In this document: positions 1 to 8,976 of the stretch, one piece after another
Position numbering within the stretch: the stretch's first letter is position 1
Layout: each line of letters starts with the position of its first letter
Source: Deltaproteobacteria bacterium
GTDB lineage: Bacteria > Myxococcota > JACRCW01
Length of the DNA stretch: 46,395 nucleotides
Direction: 5' to 3'
Assembly (NCBI GenBank): GCA_016218805.1
Contig: JACRCW010000163.1
Coordinates: forward strand, 1-46,395
Made by a program: the position numbers and the translations under genes
Notes under the pieces: model-generated
Told to the model about the DNA's origin: nothing
What the model saw: the letters and a program-made list of their open reading frames with translations, nothing else
The model's database searches: none

Positions 1-196
1 CAACGGGACAGTGGGACGGAGATGTCAGCCCGCGCCACGACGCGATTGCGCGCTGGAATCCAACCCGGTGGACCGGCACTGTCCGCCGCAACACGCTTTG
101 CGCATCGACGACCTGGTCGACCGCGACGCCGTGTAGGGGCTGCCATCGCCAGGCGCGCCAACGGGACAGTGGGACGGCGATGTCAGCCCCGCGCCA
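1..196. repeat. Intergenic REP-like repeat (direct repeat plus GTAG-headed palindrome)
   Basis: caacgggacagtgggacgg(a/c)gatgtcagccc(c)gcgcca occurs at 1-37 and 159-196. GTAG at 133-136 heads an inverted repeat, ggggctgccatcgcc (136-150) / ggcgatgtcagcccc (176-190), 14/15 complementary. Confidence 0.7.
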
Positions 197-206
197 ACGA
201 GACCCC

Positions 207-1433
207 TCACAGCATCCGCAACGCGTCCACCGGGTTCATCTGTCCGGCGCGGCGCGCGGGATACGCGGCGGACACCAGCGCACCTACGACGGCGGCAGCC
301 ACCGCGTACACGGCAATCAGCGGGTCCGCGCTGGGGAAGATGAGCTGCTTGTAGCTCGCCCCCGCGGGGCTCATGGCAATGCCTACGCGGGCAAAATACG
401 CCGTGATGGAAAACCCGATGGCGGTCCCCGTCACGCCACCGACCATTCCCATGGCCAGCGCCTCCAGCATGAACAGCGCCAGCACCTGCCGGCGCCGCAT
501 GCCCACGGCCAGCATGGTGCCAATCTCGCGCACGCGCTCAAACACGCTCATCAGCACCGTGTTGATGATGCCCAGGATCACAATCAGGAACATGGTCACG
601 CTGATGCCCGCCATGATGGTCCGCAGGCGCGCCACGGTGTCCTTGAGGAACGGCATCACCTGTTCCCACGTACTGACCTCGTAGTCCCCGCCCACCCGCG
701 CCCGCAGCGCCTCCGCCACCTCGTTGATGCGCCGGTTGTCGTCCACGGCAATGACGTACTCGGTGACGCGGCCCTCCATCTGCAACAGCTGCTGCGTGAG
801 GGCCAGCGGCACGTTGATGATGCGCTTGTTCTCCAGCGTGGCCGCGCCGCGCGTGATGCCCACCACCTCCAGGTCCAACGCGTTGATGGCGCCCTCCCGC
901 CCCGGCGCGGACAGCGAAAAGAACCCGCCCAGCTCCGCCTTGAACGCCTGCGCCAGCTCACCTCCCAGCACCGCACCGTTGGCTTTGTCCGCACGCAGGT
1001 GCGTGCCCGGCGCCTGCACCTCCACCGGCCGCTCCGGACACGCCTGGAACTCCGCCACCGGTTCCAACCCAAACCCCACAACGGTGGTCCCGTTCACCCC
1101 GTCAGACAGCGTCCCGCCAAACCGGATGCGCCGCGCCACCGCCTTCACCCCCGGCGTGGTGCGCACCGCGTCGTAGAGTTCGCCGCCCTCAGGCATGTCC
1201 AGCTTCAGCGGCGCGGCCTCCGTGGCCTTCAGGTAGCCCTTCTTGTGCACCTGGATCGCACCAATGCGCGTGTTGATCGTCTGGCTCACCATCAGCGCGG
1301 ACAGCCCCCAGCCAAACCCGTTGATGAAGATGACCACCGCCACACCGACGATGATGGCGCCCAGGGTGAACGCGCTGCGCCGCTTGTTGCGCAGCAGGGA
1401 ACGGAACGCGAGCGGAATCATGCGCAGGTACAT
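207..1433 (-). CDS. ABC transporter permease, LolE/FtsX/MacB-like
   Basis: Starts MYLRMIPLAFRSLLRNKRRS after a GAAGGA RBS. Has an N-terminal TM, a periplasmic domain, the 'ERVREIGTMLAVG' motif and a C-terminal 'YPARRAGQMNPVDALR'. Confidence 0.9.
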   Translation of the reverse strand: MYLRMIPLAFRSLLRNKRRSAFTLGAIIVGVAVVIFINGFGWGLSALMVSQTINTRIGAIQVHKKGYLKATEAAPLKLDMPEGGELYDAVRTTPGVKAVARRIRFGGTLSDGVNGTTVVGFGLEPVAEFQACPERPVEVQAPGTHLRADKANGAVLGGELAQAFKAELGGFFSLSAPGREGAINALDLEVVGITRGAATLENKRIINVPLALTQQLLQMEGRVTEYVIAVDDNRRINEVAEALRARVGGDYEVSTWEQVMPFLKDTVARLRTIMAGISVTMFLIVILGIINTVLMSVFERVREIGTMLAVGMRRRQVLALFMLEALAMGMVGGVTGTAIGFSITAYFARVGIAMSPAGASYKQLIFPSADPLIAVYAVAAAVVGALVSAAYPARRAGQMNPVDALRML

Positions 1434-1444
1434 GATGCGTTCCT

Positions 1445-2656
1445 TCAAACGTGCCCCAGCGCGTCCACCGGGCGCAGCCGGCTGGCCTTCCACGCGGGGT
1501 AGAGCGCAGCCAGCGCGGCACCGGTCCCCGCCGTCAAAACCATTCGCAACAGGAATGCGGAGGCCACGTACGGCCGGATGATCTGCGGCACCGCGCTGCC
1601 CGGCGCCGGCAGCTCCAGCCCGCGTGCACCCATGTAACCCACTATCCCCGCGCCCAGCAGTCCGCCCAGCAGCGCGCCCACCGCGCCAATGAGCGCGGCC
1701 TCCCACAGGAACATCAGCAGCACCTGCCGGCGGCGCGTACCCACCGCCATCATCGTGCCAATCTCGCGCACGCGCTCCAGCACCGCCATCAGCAGCGCGT
1801 TGGCAATGCCCATCAGCATCACAAACATGAACATCACGGTGACCAGGCTCAGCGCCGCGTTCTGGTTGCGCTGCACGTCGCGGACAAACAGCGCCAGGTC
1901 ACGCCACGTGTGCACTTCGTAGTCCTCCCCCAGCGCGCGCCGCACACGCTCCGCCACGTTCTCCACGTCGTCCACATCGTGCACCTGGATGGCTATCTCC
2001 GTGATGCGTCCCTCCAGGCGCAGCAGCTCCTGCGCGGTCCGCAGCGGCATGATCATGATGCGCCGGTCCTGCTGGCTGATGGACTTGAGCCCGCCCGCCA
2101 CCCGCACGTTCACGCCGTTGAGGATGCCGTCCACGTCGGAAGCCAGCACCGCGCCGGGCTTGCCCACCTCCGCCTGCATGGCCTCCCACAGGTCCACGCC
2201 GACAATGATCCCCGCCTCGCCCTCCTTCAGCCACCCGCCCCTGCCAATGAGTTCCATCCGCTTGGGGGTGACCTTCAACTCCGTGGCCGGGTCCACCGCC
2301 GTGATCTGCGCAAACAGCGTCTCATCCCCCGCATTCACCAGCCCGCCAAACCCTATCCGCGGCGCCACCGCTTTCACACCCGGAACCGCCTGGATGCGCG
2401 CGAGCAGCGTGGGATCCTCCGGCAGGTTCTTCCCGATGGGCGACGCATCCATCCCGCCCACGTGTCCCCGGCGGTGCACCTGCAGCGCGCCCATGTTTCC
2501 CTCGGTGACGCCCTGCACCAGCGCGGCTTGCAGCCCGTTGAGGAACCCGCGCACGCCCACCACCGCAAACACGCCCACCAGCACCGCCGCCACGGTCAGC
2601 CCCGTGCGCCGGCGGTTGCGCAGCAGGTTGCGGACGGCCAGGCGCAGCAGGACCAC
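1445..2656 (-). CDS. ABC transporter permease, LolE/FtsX/MacB-like (paralogue)
   Basis: GTG start after GAGGAG. Motifs 'RNLLRNRRRT', 'ERVREIGTMMAVG' and 'YPAWKASRLRPVDAL'. Confidence 0.9.
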   Translation of the reverse strand: MVLLRLAVRNLLRNRRRTGLTVAAVLVGVFAVVGVRGFLNGLQAALVQGVTEGNMGALQVHRRGHVGGMDASPIGKNLPEDPTLLARIQAVPGVKAVAPRIGFGGLVNAGDETLFAQITAVDPATELKVTPKRMELIGRGGWLKEGEAGIIVGVDLWEAMQAEVGKPGAVLASDVDGILNGVNVRVAGGLKSISQQDRRIMIMPLRTAQELLRLEGRITEIAIQVHDVDDVENVAERVRRALGEDYEVHTWRDLALFVRDVQRNQNAALSLVTVMFMFVMLMGIANALLMAVLERVREIGTMMAVGTRRRQVLLMFLWEAALIGAVGALLGGLLGAGIVGYMGARGLELPAPGSAVPQIIRPYVASAFLLRMVLTAGTGAALAALYPAWKASRLRPVDALGHV

Positions 2657-2798
2657 GTTTCCTCCTCAGTACCGGCGGGGCAGGCATCCAAGGCCGGGCG
2701 CCTTCCCCGCGTCAACGTGGAGGCACGGCTGCGCTGTGGTCACCGCTGGCTGCCGCCACGGTTTGCGCGCTGACGGGCGCGGTGTTCTCCTCGCGCGC

Positions 2799-3299
2799 AT
2801 GGGCCGTTTTGTTCCCGTTCACCACGAAGCGCACGACGACTGTTTTGCCGAAGAGGCCAGCCAGGTGCTGGCCGGCAACGGGCTGCGCGTCACGCGACCG
2901 CGCCGTGCCGTCGTGGAGCTGCTGGAGCGGTCACCGCGGCCCATGGGCGCGGCGGACATCCACCAGGAGTTGCGCACGCAGGGCATCCGGATTGACCGGG
3001 CCAGCGTGTACCGCGTGCTGGCGGTGCTGGAGGCGCAGGGACTGGTGCACCGCGTGCTGTCCGCGCAGGGCTACATGGCCTGCCACCCGCCCACGCACCT
3101 GCACCTGCACGGCGGCACGGAGCCCGCGGACCACAGCTGCCACCACCACCTGGTGTGCCGTGCCTGCGGGCGCACGCTGGAGACGCACTGTGACGGACTG
3201 CGCGGCCTGATTGACACCATCGTGGAGCGCACCGGGTTCCAGGTGGAGGGTCACGTGCTGGAGATTGTGGGCACCTGCCGCGAGTGCCGCCAGAAGTGA
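2799..3299 (+). CDS. Fur-family metalloregulator, Zur-like
   Basis: wHTH region 'GLRVTRPRRAV...DRASVYRVL', 'HHHLVCRACG' and C-terminal 'GTCREC' (two CxxC). Has an extra Cys in 'YMACH' and a His-rich loop. Confidence 0.88.
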   Translation: MGRFVPVHHEAHDDCFAEEASQVLAGNGLRVTRPRRAVVELLERSPRPMGAADIHQELRTQGIRIDRASVYRVLAVLEAQGLVHRVLSAQGYMACHPPTHLHLHGGTEPADHSCHHHLVCRACGRTLETHCDGLRGLIDTIVERTGFQVEGHVLEIVGTCRECRQK

Positions 3300-3326
3300 T
3301 CCACGACGACATCCGTGCACCGCGTC

Positions 3327-3355
3327 TTGACACCGCGTCGGACCGTCCCTAACTG
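3327..3355 (+). promoter_or_regulatory. Candidate sigma70-type promoter for ftsY
   Basis: Perfect TTGACA (3327-3332), a 17-nt spacer, then a weak -10 TAACTG (3350-3355) just upstream of the ftsY ATG. Confidence 0.4.
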
Positions 3356-3364
3356 CGCGCGACC

Positions 3365-4573
3365 ATGCAGAACACGCAGACCGGCACCACGCCCGCGGCA
3401 CCCGTCCCGCCACCCGACGGTGGCGACATCGCCGGGCTCATCTTCTTTGCCCTGTTCTTTGCAGCCTTCTTTGCGCTGGGTATTGCGTTTGTGCGCAAGC
3501 GCAACCGTCAGAACCGTGAAGAGCTGGCCGCGGAACTGGACAAGGCCCCCCCGCCTGACGAACAGGCGCCCCAGCTCACCGAGGGCGAACCCCCGCTGCA
3601 GGCGGGTGAGGCCACCGCAGCCCATGCGCCCGCGCCGGTGGTCCCCAAGGATGACACCGAGGCGCGCGACGCCTACCGCCGCGGGCTGGAGAAGACGCGC
3701 ACCGGGTTCTTCTCGCGGCTGACCACGCTGCTCAGCGGCACCCGGGAGATAGATGAGAAGATTGTTGATGAGCTGGAGCCGCTGCTCATCCAGGCGGACG
3801 TGGGCGTGAAGACCACGCAGAAACTGATGGACCTGGTGCGGCAGCGCCTGTCCTCCAAGGAGCTGTCCAGCGCGGAGAAGGTGCGCGACGCGATCCGTGA
3901 CGAGATCCTCCGCATGGTGAGCGTGCCGGCGCCCGTCATGGAAGAGCGCACGGAGCGCCCCTGCGTGGTGATGGTGGTGGGCGTCAACGGCGCGGGGAAG
4001 ACCACCACCATTGGCAAGCTGGCCCACCGCCTGCGCCAACGCGGCCACACGGTGGTCCTGGGTGCGGGTGACACTTTCCGCGCCGCCGCGGTGGAACAGC
4101 TGCGCGTCTGGGGTGACCGCGCGGGGTGCGTCACCGTTGAGGGCAAGGAGGGACAGGACTCCGCGGCGGTGCTGTTTGACAGCGTGAAGAAGGGCAAGGA
4201 GGAGGGCGCGGCCTTCATCCTGGGTGACACCGCGGGGCGCCTGCACACCAAGGTGAACCTGATGGAGGAGCTCAAGAAGGTGCGCCGGGTGATGGCCAAG
4301 GCGCACGAAGGCGCGCCCCACGAGGTGCTGCTGGTGCTGGACGCCACCACCGGCCAGAACGCGCTCATCCAGGCGGAGCAGTTCAACCAGGCGCTGGAGC
4401 TGTCCGGCGTGATCCTCACCAAGGTGGACGGCACCGCCAAGGGCGGCGTGATCATCGCCATCTGTGACCAGTTGAAGCTGCCGGTGCGTTTCGTCGGCGT
4501 GGGCGAGAAGCTGTCTGACCTGCGGCCGTTCGATCCCGCGGCGTTCGTCGACGGATTGTTCGCGGAAGGCTGA
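3365..4573 (+). CDS. ftsY: Signal recognition particle receptor FtsY with N-terminal TM segment
   Basis: SRP-GTPase motifs GVNGAGKTTTIGKLA, DTFRAAA, DTAGR, DATTGQN and TKVDGTAKGG. Confidence 0.97.
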   Translation: MQNTQTGTTPAAPVPPPDGGDIAGLIFFALFFAAFFALGIAFVRKRNRQNREELAAELDKAPPPDEQAPQLTEGEPPLQAGEATAAHAPAPVVPKDDTEARDAYRRGLEKTRTGFFSRLTTLLSGTREIDEKIVDELEPLLIQADVGVKTTQKLMDLVRQRLSSKELSSAEKVRDAIRDEILRMVSVPAPVMEERTERPCVVMVVGVNGAGKTTTIGKLAHRLRQRGHTVVLGAGDTFRAAAVEQLRVWGDRAGCVTVEGKEGQDSAAVLFDSVKKGKEEGAAFILGDTAGRLHTKVNLMEELKKVRRVMAKAHEGAPHEVLLVLDATTGQNALIQAEQFNQALELSGVILTKVDGTAKGGVIIAICDQLKLPVRFVGVGEKLSDLRPFDPAAFVDGLFAEG

Positions 4574-4577
4574 CGGG

Positions 4578-6359
4578 TCAGCCCCGCTTCTTCTTCTTCC
4601 TCGGTTTCTTCTCGGGCGCCTCGTCTTTGGCGGCGGCGGCGTCCGGCGGCGGGCCCGCGTCCACCGCGGCGGCGGCCGGGTCAAACATGATCTCCACCTT
4701 GCGGTCCGGCGGTTTGAACGCGGCCATGTCCAGCTGCTGGCTCAGCTCCTGACCGTCAGGCAGGCGCACCACCAGCGTGAACGGCTTGTCCAGCACCACC
4801 TGGTCCAGCCGCAGGTTGGTCTTGCCGCTCTCCTTGCCGTCCACAAGGACCGTGGCCCCGGACGGCTTGCTCTTCACAATCAGCGTCCCGGTCACCGCGC
4901 GGCGCCCCTCCTGCGCGCGCGTGACCATCTGCTGCGCCTCTTCGCGGTTGGAGACCACCCACACGCCGGACACCAGCGCCACGGCGGCCAACCCGCCCAG
5001 CGCCACCCGCTGCGGCGTGCGGCTCTTGAGCCCCATGGCCTTGGCCAGCACCAGCATCTCCGCGTCATTGCCAATCTTGCCCGCCCACCCCAGCTCGTCA
5101 TTCTTGGCCAGCACCTGCACGGCGGGGCGGTTGCTCACGCTGGCCACCGGCAGCGACGGAAGCACGTCCTGCGGCTTGGTCTGCTTGTGGACCTCGGTGA
5201 AGTCCTCACGCACGCGCAGCAGGTCCGTGGCGCTGGCGGAGGAGACCACGGCGGGCAGCGGTTCCTGCGGTGCGGGAGCGGGTGCGGGGGCCACCACCGG
5301 CTCGGGCGCCGGCGCGGTGGGGACCGCCGGCTGGCTCATGGCCGGCATGCTGGACGGCATGGGCTCCGTCTGCGGGCGTGACCGGCTCTCCGGCGGCCGC
5401 GTGGGCGGCGCGGTGAGCCCCTCCACCGCCACAGCGGCCTTCACGCTCTTGATCGCCTCGGACAGGCCGCGGCTGGTCACCGCCACGCCCAACCGCGCAA
5501 TCTCCCCGCGCAGCGCGTCCTCAAAGTCCAGCGCGGAGGGGTAGCGGTCCTCCGCGCGCGTGGACAGCGCCTTCATCACCACCTCATCCACGCTCTTGGG
5601 AATGTCCCCGCGCAGCGTGGAAGGGATGGGCAGCGGGCCCTCAGCCAGCTTGGCGCGGTGCTCCACCGCGTCCTTCACGGAGATGAGCCGCCGCACCGTC
5701 AACAACTCATGCAGGATGATGGCCAGGCCGTACTGGTCCGCGCGCGCATCCACCGAGTAACCCATCACCTGCTCGGGAGACATGTACCCGGGCGTGCCCT
5801 TGATGACGCCGGAACCGGTCTGGTGCTTCTTCACGCTGGACCGCGCAATCCCAAAGTCCAGGATCTTCACCTCGCCCGCCGGGGACACCACCACGTTTCG
5901 CGGGTTCAGGTCCCGGTGGACAATGCCCAGCGGTGACCCGTCCGGCGCGGTGCGCCCGTGCGCGTAGCCCAGCCCCTTGGCCACCTCGGCGGCGATGTAC
6001 AGCGCAATGGCAACGGGCAGCGGGCGGTTCTTGACGTAGCACTCGCGCAGCAGGTCCAACGCCGTCATGCCCTCGGCGTACTCCATGGCGATGTAGTAGT
6101 TGCCACCAACCTCACCCAGCTCATAGACGGGGACAATGTTGCCGTGCGTGAGGCTGACCAGGACTTTGGCCTCGTCCACAAACATCTGCACAAACGAAGG
6201 ATTCTGCGCATACTTGGACAGGATGCGCTTCACCACCATCTGTTTTTCAAAACCGTTCACGCCGAAGATCTTGGCGCGGTAGATCTCCGCCATCCCGCCG
6301 ACGGCGATGAGGTCCGTCAGCAGGTACTTTCCAAACGGGACCGGAAACGTCTGGGCCAT
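4578..6359 (-). CDS. Membrane Ser/Thr protein kinase with C-terminal PEGA-like domain
   Basis: Kinase motifs GGMAEIY, VVKRI, HRDLNPRN, DFGIA and GTPGYMSPEQ. Followed by a Pro/Ala linker, a TM and 'GTLIVKSKPSGATVLVDG' (PEGA). Confidence 0.92.
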   Translation of the reverse strand: MAQTFPVPFGKYLLTDLIAVGGMAEIYRAKIFGVNGFEKQMVVKRILSKYAQNPSFVQMFVDEAKVLVSLTHGNIVPVYELGEVGGNYYIAMEYAEGMTALDLLRECYVKNRPLPVAIALYIAAEVAKGLGYAHGRTAPDGSPLGIVHRDLNPRNVVVSPAGEVKILDFGIARSSVKKHQTGSGVIKGTPGYMSPEQVMGYSVDARADQYGLAIILHELLTVRRLISVKDAVEHRAKLAEGPLPIPSTLRGDIPKSVDEVVMKALSTRAEDRYPSALDFEDALRGEIARLGVAVTSRGLSEAIKSVKAAVAVEGLTAPPTRPPESRSRPQTEPMPSSMPAMSQPAVPTAPAPEPVVAPAPAPAPQEPLPAVVSSASATDLLRVREDFTEVHKQTKPQDVLPSLPVASVSNRPAVQVLAKNDELGWAGKIGNDAEMLVLAKAMGLKSRTPQRVALGGLAAVALVSGVWVVSNREEAQQMVTRAQEGRRAVTGTLIVKSKPSGATVLVDGKESGKTNLRLDQVVLDKPFTLVVRLPDGQELSQQLDMAAFKPPDRKVEIMFDPAAAAVDAGPPPDAAAAKDEAPEKKPRKKKKRG

Positions 6360-6494
6360 CCAACCCTCGCCACACCCTTCGCTGCGGGCGGGCGGACCCT
6401 ACCACCGGGGGGCCGCCGCGGCCCACCGCTTGCGGCGCCGCCCTTGCGCGTTTACACGGCGGGCCCCGCTCGTCGTCCACGGAGGCGCCACACC

Positions 6495-6875
6495 ATGACC
6501 ACGCTGGAGGAGGGCCTGTCCGCGCTGGACCGGGACGCCCTGCGCGAACTTGTCCGCCACGCCCTGCGCGTCACCGCCGCGCTGCCCGCGGCCGGCCCGC
6601 TGCCGGACGCGGTGACCGCGGGCACGGTGGCCCTGGTCCCGCGCGAGGAGGGCCTGCAGCCCAAGGACCTCCCGGTGGAGACGCTGCTGCACAAGATCAC
6701 CATGGTGCGGGACAAGCTGCGCGTGGCGGAACAGCGCGTGAACGCCTCCGACGGGCTCACCCCCGCCGCGCGGCAGCAGCTGCAGGGCCGCCTCACGGAG
6801 GCCTACCGCGCGCTGGCCGCCGTGGACGCGCTGCTGTCACCGCCCCCCGCGGGCAACCCCGGAGGCACGCCGTGA
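6495..6875 (+). CDS. Hypothetical helical protein
   Basis: ATG after GGAGG, host-like codon bias, core 'PVETLLHKITMVRDKLRVAEQRVNAS'. Its stop overlaps the next start (GTGA). Confidence 0.7.
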   Translation: MTTLEEGLSALDRDALRELVRHALRVTAALPAAGPLPDAVTAGTVALVPREEGLQPKDLPVETLLHKITMVRDKLRVAEQRVNASDGLTPAARQQLQGRLTEAYRALAAVDALLSPPPAGNPGGTP

Positions 6876-7399
6876 CCCCCGCCCCCTGCTCCCGGCTCCG
6901 CCAGGCCCTGCGCGCGTTGGCCGTCGTCGCCGCGGCGTGGGGTGCGTCCGCCGGATCCTGTGACCGCGCGGTCCGCCAGCACCCCCTCACGCTGGAACCG
7001 CAGGTGTTCTCGTTCCACCGCGCCATCCGGGACAAGCGCTTTGCGGAGGCCACGCAGTACATGGTCCCGGAAGTGCGCGAAGCGTTCGTCCGCTCCTGGG
7101 CCCGCGCGGACCGCGGCGCCGAGTTCCCCGAGCTGGAGGTCCTGGTCCAGCGCACCTCCGACGACGCGGAGTTCACGCACATTGAGGCGGAACTCCACTA
7201 CATCCTGGCCAATGACCTGGTGGAGCGCCGCTACCGCATGCTGGAAATCTGGCGCGGCGTGGACCGCACCTGGGTCCTGTCCAACCTGGTGGAGGCCCCG
7301 CCGGAATTGCGCGAACCGGCCCCGGCCGCCCCCGTCGACCCCGCCGCGGCACCGCCCGCGCCCGCGCCAGCCACCGGCGAGGGGTTTGGCGGGCGCTGA
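6872..7399 (+). CDS. Putative lipoprotein of unknown function
   Basis: Basic N-terminus, hydrophobic stretch, lipobox-like 'SAGSC', globular core and a Pro/Ala tail. Confidence 0.65.
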   Translation: MTPAPCSRLRQALRALAVVAAAWGASAGSCDRAVRQHPLTLEPQVFSFHRAIRDKRFAEATQYMVPEVREAFVRSWARADRGAEFPELEVLVQRTSDDAEFTHIEAELHYILANDLVERRYRMLEIWRGVDRTWVLSNLVEAPPELREPAPAAPVDPAAAPPAPAPATGEGFGGR

Positions 7400-7443
7400 C
7401 GCCTTTCCCCGACTGTCCCCCCTGGACTAGAAGGCGCCCCGCC

Positions 7444-8964
7444 ATGACCTCGGTCGAACTGTACGGCCTCGCCCCCATCATCACGCTCGCCATCGTGGGC
7501 AGCCTTGCGCTGCTGCTGGAAGTGGTGGGCATCCCCATCGGTGCCCGGCGTCTCGGGCCGCGCACGCACATCGCGTTCGTCACGGTGCTCGGCATTGCCG
7601 TGGCCATGGCGTTTGCGGTGGCCTCCTGGCGGGACGCGTGTGACGTCAAGGACGCCGCCATCTGTGTGGGCAAGGGCCTGACCATGTTCGGCGGTCAGAT
7701 GATGCTGGACCGCTTCGGCATCATGATCACCGTGATGGCATGCGTCTCGGCGCTCATCGCCACCGCGCTGACCGTCCATTACATGCGCGCGCGGGACATG
7801 GAGCGCGGCGAAATCCTGGGCCTCATCTGCTTCTCCGCCGCCGGCATGAGCGGGCTGGGGATGAGCACGGACCTGCTGACGCTGTTTGTGAACCTGGAGG
7901 TCCTGTCCGTGGGCGTGTACGCGCTGGCCGGCCTGGACCGGGACAGCGGCCGCAGCGCGGAGGCGGCGCTCAAGTACTTCATCAACGGCGCGTTTGCGGC
8001 GGCCATCCTGCTGATGGGCACGGCGCTGTGCTACGGCGCCACCAAGTCCACCTCTATGGCGGCGCTGGGCCGCATGGTGCTGGCCACCGGGGACCCCAAC
8101 CACGCGCTGGCCATGGTGGCGCTGGGCCTGGTCATCTCCGGCATTGCGTTCAAGGCCGCCACCATTCCGTTCCACGCGTGGGTCCCGGATGTGTATGACG
8201 GCGCGCCCGCACCCGTGACGGCGTTCATGGCCGCGGGCGTGAAGGCGGCGGCGTTTGCAGCGCTGGTGCGGCAGGTGGTGCCGCTGCTGCCCGCCACCGG
8301 CCCGGCGGATGCCACGTTCATCCAGGTGGCCACCGTGGTCTGCGTGGGCACCATGACGCTGGGGAACCTGGCCGCGCTGGGACAGCGGCGCATCAAGCGC
8401 ATGCTGGCGTACTCGTCCATTGCGCACGCGGGCTACGTGATGGTGGGCATTGTGACCATCCTGGCCGGCCGCCGGGAGGCCGTGGCGCCCATTGCGTATT
8501 ACCTGCTGGCGTACGCGTTCATGTCGCTGGGGAGCTTTGGCGTGGTGGGCTTCCTGGAGCGGCGCGAAGGCCGCGGCAACACCTTTGAAGAGTGGTCCGG
8601 CGCGGCCCGGCGCTACCCGGCGGCGGGCGTGGCCATGGCCATCTTCATCTTCGGCCTGGCGGGCATTCCCCCCACGGCGGGCTTCATTGGGAAGTTCACG
8701 CTGTTCACGGAAGCGGTGCGCGCGGGTCTGGTTCCCCTGGTCATCATCGCCGTGCTCAACTCGCTCATCAGCGTGTACTACTACCTGCGCGTGCTGGTGT
8801 TCATGTACATGAAGGAGCCGGACCGGGACCTGGAAGGCGCGGGTGGCCCGTGGCTGACGGTGGGACTGGCCACCGCCGCCGCCGCGGTGCTGGCGCTGGG
8901 CATGATTCCCAGCCGCTACCTGGACTGGGCACAGAGCGCCATGGGGTTGTTCGCCGGAAGGTGA
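7444..8964 (+). CDS. nuoN: NADH-quinone oxidoreductase subunit N
   Basis: Polytopic membrane protein with 'EAALKYF', 'FKAATIPFHAWVPDVYDGAP', 'KRMLAYSSIAHAGY' and 'LAGIPPTAGFIGK'. Confidence 0.96.
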   Translation: MTSVELYGLAPIITLAIVGSLALLLEVVGIPIGARRLGPRTHIAFVTVLGIAVAMAFAVASWRDACDVKDAAICVGKGLTMFGGQMMLDRFGIMITVMACVSALIATALTVHYMRARDMERGEILGLICFSAAGMSGLGMSTDLLTLFVNLEVLSVGVYALAGLDRDSGRSAEAALKYFINGAFAAAILLMGTALCYGATKSTSMAALGRMVLATGDPNHALAMVALGLVISGIAFKAATIPFHAWVPDVYDGAPAPVTAFMAAGVKAAAFAALVRQVVPLLPATGPADATFIQVATVVCVGTMTLGNLAALGQRRIKRMLAYSSIAHAGYVMVGIVTILAGRREAVAPIAYYLLAYAFMSLGSFGVVGFLERREGRGNTFEEWSGAARRYPAAGVAMAIFIFGLAGIPPTAGFIGKFTLFTEAVRAGLVPLVIIAVLNSLISVYYYLRVLVFMYMKEPDRDLEGAGGPWLTVGLATAAAAVLALGMIPSRYLDWAQSAMGLFAGR

Positions 8965-8976
8965 GCCGGGACGGCT

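Noticed and set aside
5890..5925. Pseudokinase call because the catalytic loop reads HRDLN instead of HRDLK
   Set aside because: The catalytic Asp, Asn, DFG and the VxK lysine are intact, and non-Lys residues at this position are common in myxobacterial kinases.
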